This document shows, in pieces, positions 50,624 through 63,292 of a stretch of 64,000 bases of DNA. Source of the stretch: Octopus sinensis (taxonomy: Eukaryota); NCBI RefSeq assembly GCF_006345805.1, contig NC_043005.1, forward strand, positions 46,004,001 through 46,068,000, read 5' to 3'. Position 1 is the first letter of the stretch, and the number at the start of each line of letters is the position of its first letter. A program made the position numbers and the translations under genes. The notes under the pieces are model-generated. The model searched no databases. It saw only the letters and a program-made list of their open reading frames with translations, and was not told the DNA's origin.

Positions 50624-51040
50624 TACACAAGTGTGCTCCCACCACCGATTTTCTTTCTTCATAGCTTTCAGAAAATGTGCACTTTTTTTTTGTAATGAAA
50701 TTTTCAACAAATACCGTTCAAGTGGAATAGATCACGATTATATCGGAATTTAATGTCGAAAAAAATTTGTGCGTGTTCACACCACATAGATATTGACACG
50801 CATCATATATGCATCTTCAAAATGAAACTAAAAACTTGGAAAAAAATTCTGTGATGTGTCAGTAATGTATGTGTGCACGCCGGCCAATTTTTTTCTTTTT
50901 TCACATATAATTCCGTATAATCGTAATTTGCACCTGAAAGATATCTGTGGAAAATTTCATTAAAAAAAAAATTTTGCGGAAGTTATGAGAAAGGAAATTC
51001 GGGTGGTGGTTATGGTAGTGGTGGTGGGCCCACTTGTACA
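50624..51040. mobile_element. Old MITE with diverged ~125-bp inverted termini
   Basis: acaagtg..ccaccacc..cgattttctttcttcatagctttcagaaaat..taatgaaattttc..cacgattatatcggaatt aligns with the reverse complement of ~50910-51038. Confidence 0.6.
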
Positions 51041-52460
51041 CCGAAAGATGCTACCAATTTTCGGTCGGTTAGAGAATTGTTGTTTCACGCAACTGTTGTA
51101 ACCAAACCATCGAGAAAAGTACAAAAAAAAACAAATGCATAAAACTTGAAATAAAAATGGAAGGCCAGCAGTCACCCATGCATACCAGCCTCCCCTCTCC
51201 ACAGGCGTTATCCAAGGGAAAGGCCGATACAGCTTGGCACCAGTGATGTCGCAACTCATTTCTACAGATAAGTTAACTGGAGCAACCTGAAATAAAGTGT
51301 CTTGCTCAAGAACACAACCCAATCCGGGAATCGAACTCACAACCTCACGACCGTAAGCTCGATGCTCTAACCACTGAGCCATGCGCCTTCACAGCAGAAA
51401 GAATATATTAAGATACAATAAAGTGGAGAGCTGAAAGAATCGTTAGCGCATTCTACAAATTGTTTTGTGGCATTTCTTCCGGTTCTTTACGCCCTGAGTT
51501 CAAATTCTCCGAAGTCGACTTTGCTTCTCACCTTTTCAGAGTTGATAAAATAAATAGCGTTTGAGCTCTGGCGTCGACTTTATCGACTTCGCCCTCTCCT
51601 AAAATTACTGGCCGTGGGCCAAAATTTGCAACTATGTATTAAGATAAATATTGTATATCTTTTACCAATATATTTAAGAATTTTACACGAAGATCACAGC
51701 TCCTCTGTTCTTCTAAACTAAGTTCTCAGGCAACAAGCTTTTATTAGAAATCGTTAATAAGAAATGATCAATTGGTTTTGTTTTGTTCATGCTGGTTCTT
51801 TTGATAGACTGCATTTGTCATTTTGCAGTTTAAGTCATCTCTTATCGGTCAGACCAGTGACAGGTACGGGGTCGGGTACGCAGAAGGGCGGCCTTCTACT
51901 TTTCAGCTCAACGGAAGAAGGGTGGAATTATAGCGTGTAATCCCTCTCCTTCCAAACCACAATTTCACAGATCTTAACGTACTTTTAACTCCTAAGAGTA
52001 CCTATTTCCATTACTGAGATACACTCATGGTAAAAAAAGTCGCTTGAACAATTAGACGCGATGGGAGAAAGTTGCTGTGGGAGAAAGTACCATACAGACA
52101 CGAGATTAGAATTAAGATATTTTTCTAAAAGAAAGAAAGGAATAAACCTGGATACGTCATAAACATTTCCTTACGTAATTTAAAAGTATTTGAATCTCAG
52201 ATCAGGCACAGGGAAGAATGGGAAGCTTACAGCAAAGATAGGTTACAACCTTGTTTCATTTTCACAGTGAATGTCTTCAGAAATGCACGAATGACAGAAC
52301 TTCCCATTTCCTTTGAACGAAAATTTCAAGTTTTCATACATTTCTCACTAATCGTATTTTTCTTTCTGGTTCTGCTAACAACAAAATCTTAATAGCTGAT
52401 ATAATGGTAAATGATAAACAAATAAATTTAATGTGATATGATGATTTGAAAAATTTCCCC

Positions 52461-52778
52461 GTGGCTGTGCGGTAAGAAGTTTACTTCCCAACCACATGGT
52501 TCCGGGTTCAGTCCTACTGCGTGGCACCTTGGGAAAGTGTCTTCTACTATGGCCTCAGGCCGACCAAAGCCTTGTGAATTGATTTGGTTGACGGAAACTG
52601 AAGGAAGACTGTCGTATGTATATATACATATATATATATACATGTGTGTGTGTGTGTGTCTGTGTTTGTCCACCACCACCGCTTGACGACCGGTGTTGGT
52701 GTGTTTATGTCCCCGTAACTTAGCGGTTCGGCGGTGCCCCAACATGTCTGTTGTCTGATTACTGAAACAAGTAACAGA
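52461..52778 (+). mobile_element. SINE B
   Basis: Tail-to-tail with the minus-strand copy at ~52855-53250. Confidence 0.85.
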
Positions 52779-53734
52779 ACGTTTAAGGATTCTTTATTAA
52801 TTTTCTTTTAATATTTGCGATAACCATTATTTATATCCAGAATGCAGTACTAGCTTTTAATTACTTTAGTCATTAAACAGCGATCATGCTGGGGCCCCGC
52901 CTTGGAGGGTTTAGTCGAAAGACTCGACTTCACTACTTATTTTTTAAAACCTGATACTTATTCTATTGATCTTTTTTATTCTTTTTTAATCAAACTGTTC
53001 AGTTATAGGGTGTAAACAAACCAACATCGGTTGTCAATCGATGGGCAGGACAGTCAAACACACACACACACACAAATACACACACACATATGTGACAAGC
53101 TTCTTTCAGTTTCTGTCTACAAAAACCCACTCTCAAGGCTTTTGTCATTCCGGTGCTATAATAGAAAACACTTGCTCAAGCTTCCACGCACTGGAACTGA
53201 ATCCGGAGCCATGTGGTTGGGAAACAAGCTTCTTGCTACATAACCTCGCCAGCGCCATTGTTAAAAAAAAGTATAACGTGTTGATTTTGAGTTAGTCAGC
53301 AATCCATTAGTCCAGTTGAGGTTAAAATTCTCATTGAACTGAAGCAAAAATAATTTTTCACTATATTAAACATTCACTAATTGTCCTTCATGCAGAAGAT
53401 ATCCAGGGAAAATTTTCCTACGTCTGAAAATTTAATAGGCCAATATGAACTGATTCGTATTCAGATATCGTACGGAGACTCGGATCCATAGGAAAGACGA
53501 ACGCGTGATGTGATTGTAATAGCAATCACACTCGTTAATGTCAAAATTCGAAACAGCTTAAAGACATTAAACCTGATATTTAAATTCAGAGTAAGAGGGA
53601 TGTGATGACCTTTCTGGTGACATTAACGGTACAAACCCAAGGTCGTGACTTTAACTTCATTTAAGCTTACCGTAGCTTTCTAGTATCTGAGCAAAGATTT
53701 AAATAAAAATTCTTCAACTTCGTTGAGAAAAGTA

Positions 53735-54165
53735 ACTAATTCTTGCACAAGACCAGCAATTTTGAACGGAAGGGGTAAATCAATTACATTTGACCCCAGT
53801 GCTCAATTGATACTTATTTTATCAACCCTGAAAGGTCAAGAAAAATAATCCTTTCTAATTTTGGCACATGGCCAGCAATTTTGTGAAGGAGGGGAAGTCG
53901 ATTACATCCTACCCAATGTTCAACAGATACTTATTTTATGAGCTCAGTAACATACGTTAAAGGGGAATATTTTTCTTTCTATTATAGACACAAGGCAAGC
54001 AATTTTGGGGTGCGGGAGGAAGAGGGATAATCGAGTGTATCGACTCTAGTGCTCGACTGGTACTTATTTTATCGGCGTTATTTGAACTCCAAACGTAAAG
54101 AACCGGAACAAATATCAGAAAGTATTTTTCCCCAGCGCAGTAGCGAGTCTGCCAGCTCACCATCA
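53735..54165 (-). mobile_element. Cluster of three SINE A2 tail-containing fragments
   Basis: gcacaagaccagcaatt, gcacatggccagcaatt and acacaaggcaagcaatt, each followed by gtcgattacat-like sequence. Confidence 0.7.
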
Positions 54166-54292
54166 CTTTACGAAAAATGGTAATATGTGAAGTTTTAATT
54201 GATGTTAGTACTTATTCATGAATTTAAATGCTAAAAACACACTTCTGACAACGATTTAGGACACAAATCAGTTGTAGATATTAAAGAAATGG

Positions 54293-54925
54293 AAAGCGGC
54301 GTGCTGGCAGAATCGTTAGTGCGCCGGACGAAATGCTTAGCGGTATTTCGTCTGCCGCTACGTTCTGAGTTCAAATTCCGCCGAGGTTGACTTTGCCTTA
54401 AAGGCGGTGAGCTGGCGGAAACGTTAGCACGCCGGGCGAAATGCGTAGCCGTATTTCGTCTGCCGCTACGTTCTGAGTTCAAATTCCGCCGAGGTTGACT
54501 TTGCCTTAAAGGCGGTGAGCTGGCGGAAACGTTAGCACGCCGGGCGAAATGCGTAGCCGTATTTCGTCTGCCGCTACGTTCTGAGTTCAAATTCCGCCGA
54601 GGTTGACTTTGCCTTTCATCCTTTCGGGGTCGATTAAGTAAGTACCAGTTACGCACTGGAGTCGATATAATCGACTTAATCCGTTTGTCTGTCCTTGTTT
54701 GTCCCCTCTATGTTTAGCCCCTTGTGGGTAGTAAAGAAATAGGTATTTCGTCTGCCATTACGTTCTGAGTTCAAATTCCGCCGAGGTCGACTTTGCCTTT
54801 CATCCTTTCGTGGTCGATAAATTAATTACCAGTTACGCACTGGGGTCGATATAATCGACTTAATCCCTTTGTCTGTCCTTGTTTGTCCCTTCAGTGTTTA
54901 GCCCCTTGTGGGTAGTAAAGAAATA
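54293..54925 (+). mobile_element. SINE A1 concatemer (3 heads, 2 tails) within a single TSD
   Basis: Heads start at ~54296, 54403 and 54511 (period 108). The full copy ends at 54742 and a 5'-truncated copy spans 54743-54925. Flanks gatattaa(a/t)gaaatgg at 54277-92 and 54926-41. Confidence 0.9.
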
Positions 54926-55076
54926 GATATTAATGAAATGGTTGACTTAAAACGATCGCATTTTTTCCTTATAAATCTGCGTTTCTGTAGCAACGTAAAT
55001 ATATCTAAATACGATGGGTAACCAATATACATTCCTGTGTTCCAAGCATATGTTCAAAATGGAGAAACTACTACTA

Positions 55077-55128
<52 letters not shown>

Positions 55129-55986
55129 ATCTACTCTTCTACTATTGCAGGATCAATAAAGATGTACTACATGAAGTGAGAGATAAATTTCATTTTTATA
55201 ATATACACACAATTTAAATACGAAATACTACTAGTTTCATGCCGTTAAATCACAATAAACTGACACTCAGATATACAACATGGCTCATCATTTTTGCGGA
55301 AACGAGGAAGGGCGCTGGTCTTTGAAAAACATGAGAAGTGAAAGCAAAATGTGAAATGAGAAAAAAGAAAATGAAGAGTTGCGTACTTTTGCTCGTTCGA
55401 ATGAGAGAATTAGTATGGTTGATGTTCGAATCAAAATTAATATGATTGGTGTAAATTAATTATTCGTCATGAACCTAATAGAAGCTCGAATCTCGAATTT
55501 AAATCCTGTGTGTTCGAAATATTCATCTCTCCCTGAATGGAGTTCTTTTTTTTTTGTTGATCCCACTAATAACGGAACAGTAAATTATGCATATTCCTCC
55601 AAAACGTGGATTTACACTGCGAATTCGTATTCCACGTATGATTGGCATGATAGCTACGTTAAGTTGAGGACTCTAAGAATTCTACCAGAATATCACACAT
55701 AGAAATGGATTTATGCTACATGGGATATTTAAGAATCTACCTACACCACCGAATACTTAGTTTACACCAACCAAACTAATTCTGATTCGAACTGGCAAAA
55801 AGACGCAACTCTTGATTTTCTGTTTTCTTATTCTCATTCTCCTTTTTGCTTTTATTTTACTCTCGTCCTTTCTCGTGCTTTCTGAAAGACCAGCCATGTT
55901 GTATATTTGAGTTTGAAAAATTGCTTGGAAACACAAGACATGCTATAGAAGCTGGTCAGTGTATATTGTGCTCACAGCTCGAATTT

Positions 55987-56023
<37 letters not shown>

Positions 56024-56142
56024 TTCCGTTTCTCATTGTGTTCAACGTTTTTTTGATGTCCTGTACCCGTATATGCATGTATATATACATATATTATTTA
56101 TATTATTATATGATCGAACGCCACGCATCCTTTCCAAGTGTA

Positions 56143-57050
56143 TATAGATATATCGAAAAGTTCCTTGACTAGTTATGTTTAATAAAAAGTAACTTATTTA
56201 TCTAAGTTTTAACATCATCTCCTTCGAAATAGTTACCTTGCGCAGCAATACACCGGGCGTTTCTGCATTTTTGGAATTCGGCCTGGAAGTCGTTTTCTGT
56301 AAGTGAGTCGAGGATCTGCTGCGATTTGCTCTTGGTCTTGACAACGGTGTTAAAACGGCCACCTTTGAACTGCATTTTCATTTTGAGGAAGATATGGAAG
56401 TCCGCAAGTGCTAAATCTGACGAAAGGGGTAGGTGCAGAAGTGCTACCATGTTGTTTCTGACGAGAAACTCACAAGTGAGGAGAATTCGGTGACAGGGTG
56501 CATTGTCGTCGTGAAAAATCCAATTATTCACGCTCCACAGATCCGATCACTTTCATCGAATGCTGTCCCTCAAACGCTTCTAAACATCGTTGATTGTCCA
56601 CCGACGATTCTCATGAACATGAACAAGCTGATGAATTTTTTCCTCATTTTCGGGGATGACGCTCGTTGCAGATCTTCCAGCTCGCTCGTTGTCTTCTAAG
56701 GACGTTCTTCCGCCTTTGAAGTGCCCGTGCCATTCGAAACATTGCGTACCACCCATTACCTCGTCGCGATAAGCTTGCCGAAACATGCTCAATGTCTCTG
56801 TAACAGACTTCCCAAGTTTAATGCAAAATTTCATGTTGGCTCTTTGTCCTAACTTCCTGTCCATGAAAAAAATCGCAGACTGCAGCATCCATGTGATAAC
56901 AAAAACACAAATTTCAACATGTAAAGTAAATACAGCAATGTCACTCTGCCACATGAAGGTCACTGCTAGCTCTCATTGTGCACGTAGCCATGTGCTGTCA
57001 TCTATTGGCGCGCTACAGAACTAGTCCGGGAACTTTTTGATACCAACACG
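56143..57050 (-). mobile_element. Internally deleted mariner element with both TIRs
   Basis: TIR cores tatc(g/a)aaaagttcc..gactag at both ends. The N-terminal HTH (QRANMKFCIKLGKS..FEWH..FKGGRTSLED.ER.GR) is fused at ~56582 to the C-terminus (WIFHDDNAPCH..LSSDLALADF..RCIAAQGNYFEGD). Confidence 0.92.
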
Positions 57051-57055
57051 AATGC

Positions 57056-57097
<42 letters not shown>

Positions 57098-58019
57098 GAA
57101 GAGAGATGTGTGTGTATGTATGTATGTATGTATGTATGTATGTGGACTGCTCCATACGACAGAAAGCAGTAAGAGAGGTAAAATGAAATGATGCATAAAT
57201 GATACATAAATATTATATTAAAGGCAGAATTAAAAAAAAATCAAACTGCATTCTGAATCAAGGAAAGTACAAAGATATCCATCACTCTTCCTGACAACAA
57301 ACAAAACTTCGGTTGTTTTTTTAGAGATGAAACTTAGCTACGTGATAGATTAATTCTACTGCACAACAGATACTGAGTTATTTATTTTTGCCAAGTAAAT
57401 CGTCACCAGTTTGAATAAACTTCGACGGTAAAAAACCCATTAAAGATACTTTTATATTTTTGGTTAATAGATACTGTGATAATTCAGTGAATTAGAAATC
57501 TTTACAGTATGATATTTTGGATCATTAACCAGCAATGGAATTATAAACTTTTGTTAACAATTTCTATCGAATTTTATTGATGGAATTTTACTGTATCAAT
57601 AATTTCTATAATTACAGTGTGGTATAATGTAAAAGAATACATTGGTGGCGGTGGTGGTGGTGTTGGTGTTGGTAGTGATGATGATGTTGAAGTAATCAAT
57701 AATCAAATAGGTCAATGTGAAATACATTGAGATATCTTACATTGGTACAAGAAATCAGTTTTTAAAGAGAAAAGGAAGCACTTGTTCAAATCCATTGATA
57801 TTTTCTGTCTCAAATCATTAAGAAATATAAATTTTTGTTATTACATCCAGTTATGTGAGTTAATAACATTTAGCATATCAGATTTAAAAGGAATAAAATT
57901 TGAAATTGTATTTTTCTTAATGAATTTTTAAAGTATTATCTAATCGTATACCATACACTAAAAAATATGGTAAGTTTACAGGAAGCTGCGATCAAAATCC
58001 AAATAAACAACCGTTCGAG

Positions 58020-58236
58020 GTCGACGAGTTGGCAGAATCGTTAGCAATCCGGGCAAAATGCTTTGCGGCAATTCATCCGTCTTGACGTTCTAAGTTCAAA
58101 CACCGCCGCAGTTGACTTTGCTTTTCACCCTTTCGAAACGATAAAATAAGTAGCATTTGAGCACTGGGGTCGATGTAATCGGCTTATTCCTTCCCCCGAA
58201 ATTGATGGCCTTATGCCAAGATTTGAAACCAATATT
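58020..58236 (+). mobile_element. SINE A2
   Basis: Ends ttcccccgaaattgatggccttatgccaagatttgaaaccaatatt. Confidence 0.85.
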
Positions 58237-58303
58237 TTTAGCTTAATATATCACGCCTCATATTTTCATAAGTGATCTTTCTTGTTTTGCTTTTTTATAC
58301 TCA

Positions 58304-58712
58304 GGCGCAGGAGTGGCTGTGTGGTAAGTAGCTTCCTTACCAACCATATGGTTCCGGGTTCATTCCCACTGCGTGGCACCTTGGGCAAGTCTTTTACTAT
58401 AGCCTCGGGCCGACCAAAGCCTTGTGAGTGGATTTGGTAGACGGAAACTGAAAGAAGCTCGTCGTATATATGTATATATATATATATGTATGTGTGTGTA
58501 TATGTTTGCGTGTCTGCGTTTGTCCCCCCAACATCGCTTGACAACCGATGGTGGTGTGTTTACGTCCCCGTAACTTAGCGGTTCGGCAAAAGACAACGAT
58601 AGAATAAGTACTAGACTTCGAAAGAATAAGTCCTGGGCTTCGATTTGCTCGAGCAAAGGTGGTGCTCCAGCATGGCCGCAGTCAAATGACTGAAACAAGT
58701 AAAAGAGAATAA
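58304..58712 (+). mobile_element. SINE B (reference copy)
   Basis: GGCGCAGGAGTGGCTGTGTGGTAAG (A box), GGGTTCATTCCC (B box), GGCACCTTGGGCAAGT (CORE-like), (TA/TG)n, ggggtcgat-type domain, CAGTC-aaat-GACTG hairpin, taaaagag end. Confidence 0.92.
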
Positions 58713-58989
58713 AAGAGTCTTCTGTCAATTGATGTCATGATTCTTTCTAACAAATATAATAATGCACAAACGCTGAATTCCGAGGTGCCTATATGGACCG
58801 GGTAACTGAAAACGACTTAAAGGATCGATGCAGTTGTTTGTATCTAGAAGACGTAGTTTCCTTTGCCCGACTCACACCTGAACAAATCCAAAAAAAAAAA
58901 AAATAATAAAACTGGCAAAATGTAAAGAATTAAAATGTGGTCCAATCTGCTGGTCAGTTCTCCCTACTTTTCTCAAACATTCGTAGACT

Positions 58990-59900
58990 ATGGGTTAACC
59001 TAAACACAATACATCACATCGTGCCAAGAAGCGAACCGCACTTCCCTTTCCATCTCTACTGCCCTGGTAATAATCTGTTCACAAATATGAATCGGAAAGT
59101 TGTCTGTACATCTTGAGCAATGCAGCACTCATTTTCATTCCACTTACTTCTTTCATATGTCTACCAAAAATACAGTCTTTCAGGTACTCTGGCTCGAAAT
59201 TTCTCTTTCTCCACGCATCTGAATACACCCGCTTTCTTTTTTCGCTCTCCTAACACTTCTAGCCTTCAATAACTCTTCGACGATTTCTATTTTGGCATCG
59301 AATATATCTATTTAACTTTAACACTAGCTGAAGTCACTGTCCTCATTGACTCAATGTTCACAACACGTTGGTTCTCGTAACTGCCCTTCACCAATGTTAC
59401 TGGTATCTAAACCAAATCTTTTGCAATCCTGAACTATATAAAGTAATTATTTTCATCCCCAAAACGCATCTTTTATCAACACTTGTACATTTAAAATACC
59501 TTAATTTCTTTTACACTTCCAAACCCGGCCTTTACGAAACGAACTCTGAATTTCTACCCATCAACAACTGCTTTAACACGGTGACCCACCAAATATCCAC
59601 ATACTGTGCAGTGCTCAATCTTAATGAGTCTTCAAGTAATCTAATCGCGGAAGCCCCATTATTTCTACGGTAATCATAACCGGCAACGTATTTGCTTCAT
59701 CCTTGATCCACCAGAAACAGCTAAGCAAATTAATGAAACCATGCTCTTAGACCTGTTCTAAGTCAAGAACACAATCAAAACACATAACTTCAAATCTCTC
59801 ATATTTGTTCGTAGCCACGTTGCAGCAGCACAAGTAAAGAAAACAGTCGACAGTGATTAGAAACCCACCCCAATACCTAGAAAGTAGAAGCTTTAACCCA
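58990..59900 (-). pseudogene. Highly degenerate RTE-like RT C-terminal region
   Basis: Only weak motif echoes (VDCFLYL; SGGSR..IRCRL..W.FRD). Confidence 0.3.
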
Positions 59901-60204
59901 GTGCTGCAAATCTTGTTGAACATCCTTCGAAATGAAGAGGTTCTTTTATAAAGCGTATACCGCGAATATTCTCTCTTTCCAAGTTGCACATGATCATTGT
60001 TGGCTCTTTTGAAAAAAATCCTTAACAACTTGGCAGTAACCCACATTTCCCAATCATGATGGCTCTGTAAAGAGTTTTTCACCGGAGAACGTTTCATCAC
60101 ATCAGGTAAAACTCTTCCAAACTTTCCTTTTCATTCCATTATGGCAGAACAAGATTTCTCGTTACCCACGGTCAAAGACCCTTTTTTGCATACCCATCTG
60201 AATT

Positions 60205-60629
60205 TCTTTCTGCTATAAGCATAAAGCCTGAAATTTTGGGGAAGGGGGCTAATCGATAACATCGATCTCAGTGTTAAATTGGTGTTTATTTTATCGGCCC
60301 TAAAAGGATGAAAGACAAAGGTGGTATTTGAACTCAGAAGTAAAGTCGAAGAAATGCCGCTATGCATTTTGCCCGGCGTGTTTACAATTCTGTTAACTTG
60401 CCGCCTTACATCCATCTAAATTGCTTTCAAATTTTAGCACATGGCCAGCAATCGATTACATTGACCTCCCCCCCCCCCTCGTGTTCAACTGGTAATTATT
60501 TTATCGATCCAGAAAGGATGAAAAGCAAAGTTGACCTCGGCAGAATTTGAACTCAGAATATAAAGACAAAAGAAATGCCGCTATGCGGTTTTCCCCGGCG
60601 CGTTTATGATTCTGCTAACTCGCCGCCCT
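60205..60629 (-). mobile_element. Two SINE A2 copies with different tail variants, separated and flanked by a ~15-bp repeat
   Basis: tacccatctgaatt (60191), tacatccatctaaatt (60407), tacatccacttcaatt (60630). Confidence 0.8.
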
Positions 60630-61084
60630 TACATCCACTTCAATTAATTGGTATTAAAGGTCAGAAGAAATTTTGCACTCTTCATGCGTGTCTTCGAGGA
60701 AAGCTTCTACCCTCGCCTTCACCTTTTACTACGTCTCTACCATTCAACTAGGCTTCTCATCTCTTTAATTCCCAGACCCCCTCCCACCTGTAGTTTATTG
60801 TTTATGGGATTATACAGCATCATGGTACCCACAATTTCCGACTTTGTCGCCAAAAAAAAAAAAAAGAAGGAAAATCTTCCGCTGAAACTCAGTTACTCTG
60901 CTAGCTCTTTCTTTCGCCTAAAACACACTTCCTCTGAATTTATAAACATTTCACATAAAACCTCATTTCTATCCATGCACCCACACATATTTTGATACGA
61001 CCCACTACAACCTCACATCCATACACTACTGTGCGTTTCTCATACCACACACACACACACACACGCATATTATGGGGCCGGGCT

Positions 61085-61500
61085 CCAAACAGGGCCGTGG
61101 CAACAAAGTCCACCCCTTACACTTTTCGGTCCAACATCACTGCCTAGAGGTCCTGGATACATACCAGGCCAGTGTCTGTCACCAAGTTGTCAATGTAAGT
61201 GTGACGACGGTTTTCTCTTATTACATCACCATGATGTGGGTTCTACAAGAATAATTTGGATGCTTGCAGTTCGGTGTGACGCACGCAATGGTCAGATAGT
61301 CGCAGCCGTATTTGTCTGATCTTCTCGCTAACTTTCGGCAAATAAATTCATTTGTCATATGTTGCTGCCATTCGGATAATTCGAGTCATTCGTAGCATCT
61401 TTGTGTATCGTCCATCTGGTCCGTTCGGTAATTTCTTTGTCAGTGTCTTTGTTGGATTACTATATAATATCAGCTTGTTTGTTGGCAATTGTATTAGGTT
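61085..61500 (-). pseudogene. RTE-X-like LINE 3' end
   Basis: DGRYTKMLR...WQQHMTNE...KVSEKIRQIRLRLSDHCVRHTELQASKL..PHHG...HTYIDNLVTDTGL..QDL.AVMLDRK. Confidence 0.8.
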
Positions 61501-61581
61501 ATGCAATGCGGCAGTCTATAGACAATAGTCATACCACACACATGTAGTGTCTAACATATGTATCAATTAATGTTCTTCATA

Positions 61582-61983
61582 GGCGTAGGAGCGGTCGTGT
61601 GGTAAGTAGCTTGCTTACCAACTACATGGTTCCGGGTTCAGTCCCACTGCGTGGCACCTTGGGCAAGTGTCTTCTACTATAGCCTCGGCACGACCAAAGC
61701 CTTGTGAGTGGTAGACAGAAACTGAAAGAAGCCCGTCGTATATATGTATATATATATGTGTGTGTGTGATTATGTTTGTGTGTCTGTGTTTGTCCCCAAC
61801 ATCGCTTGACAACCGATGCTGGTGAGTTTACGTTCCCGTAACTTAGCGGTTCGACAAAAGAGACCGATAGAATAAGTGCTAGGCATACAAAAAATAAGTC
61901 CTGGGGTAGATTTGCTCGACTAAAGGTGGTGCTCCAGAATGGCCACAGTCAAATGACTGAAACAAGTAAAAGAGTAAAAGAGT
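61582..61983 (+). mobile_element. SINE B
   Basis: Near-consensus copy. Confidence 0.9.
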
Positions 61984-62021
61984 TTTGATAACGAACATAA
62001 CTGTGATGCTAAGTGACGTTA

Positions 62022-62320
62022 GTGAAGGCGCGTGGTTTTGTGCTTGGGGTATTCGGCTCGCTATCGTAAGGTTGTGAGTTCGATTCCTGCCGGTGCTATT
62101 TCATGTTGCTGCAGTCGACTTGGCTGAAAAAAAAGTGAATTGTACATTCATTTCAAACGGCCAGCCTTGTCACATTCCGTGTCGCGCTGAATCTTCCTGA
62201 GAACTTCATTAAGGTTACGCGTGTTTGTGGAGTTCTTAGCCACTTGCACGTTAATTTCCCGAGCAGGCTGTTCCGTTGATCAGTTCAACTGGAATTACTC
62301 ATCGTCGTAACCGACGGAGT
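62022..62320 (+). mobile_element. SINE G
   Basis: Co-linear with the reverse complement of 15641-15963. Confidence 0.8.
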
Positions 62321-62819
62321 AAGTGATATTATCACACAATCATCAAGTTAACAAATAACATTTGTTAATGATTCATGTCCGTCCTTGAACTAAGCAACAA
62401 CAATAGACATGCAGTTAAAAGGCTGGATACCGTAGATACAACATATCTAGACTGTCGGGTTGCATCCCTTGTTATTAACTGTGCTCATCAGAATAAATAA
62501 TACGGTTCCTGTCTACAGGGAAATGTAGCAGGATTTGTGTATCACCCTTAATTGTCTCACTGACCACTTGCGTGATATGAGCTAAAGCTGACATCACGAA
62601 CGACTATTCAAGCAATTAAAAATGAGTTTACGATTTCTCATAAGAACATGTAACCTGAGATTTTAATTGAAATTAACAGAGAAGTTAGGAACCTTGAGTA
62701 AAATTCTCGTATTGAATGACAGTAAAACATCTGACTACAATACTTTAAAAGGAAAGACGTCATTCTGAGAAAAATTGCAACTGAAATTCTTTAATTTTTT
62801 ATGAAAACATCGTTATATA

Positions 62820-62980
62820 GGTGCAGGAGTGGCTGTGTTGTAAGTAGCTTGCTAACCAACCACATGGTTCCGGGTTCAGTCCCACTGCGTGGCATCTTGG
62901 GCAAGTGTCTTCTGCTATAGCCCCGGGCCGACCAATGCCTTGTGAGTGGATTTGGTAGACGGAAACTGAAAGAAGCCTGT

Positions 62981-63076
<96 letters not shown>

Positions 63077-63292
63077 GTCCCCCTAGCATTGCTTGACAAC
63101 AGATGCTGGTGTGTTTACGTCCCCGTCTCTTAGCGGTTCGGCAAAAGAGACCGATAGAATAAGTACTGGGCTTACAAAGAATAAGTTCCAGGGTCGATTT
63201 GCTCGACTAAAGGCTGTGCTCCAGCAAGGCCACAGTCAAATGACTGAAACAAGTAAACGAATAAACGAACGAAACGAATAAACGAATAAACG
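62820..63292 (+). mobile_element. SINE B with expanded internal microsatellite and (AAACGAAT)n tail
   Basis: Near-consensus copy. Confidence 0.9.

Noticed and set aside
53600-53692. Box C (GTGATGA) and box D (CTGA) snoRNA-like spacing
   Set aside because: There is no terminal stem or recognisable guide, and part of the sequence recurs at ~49405 as a repeat.
54296-54620. Regular 108-bp repeats or X-S-X stacks considered as CRISPR-like arrays
   Set aside because: The units are SINE sequence with no unique spacers or cas genes, in a eukaryotic context.
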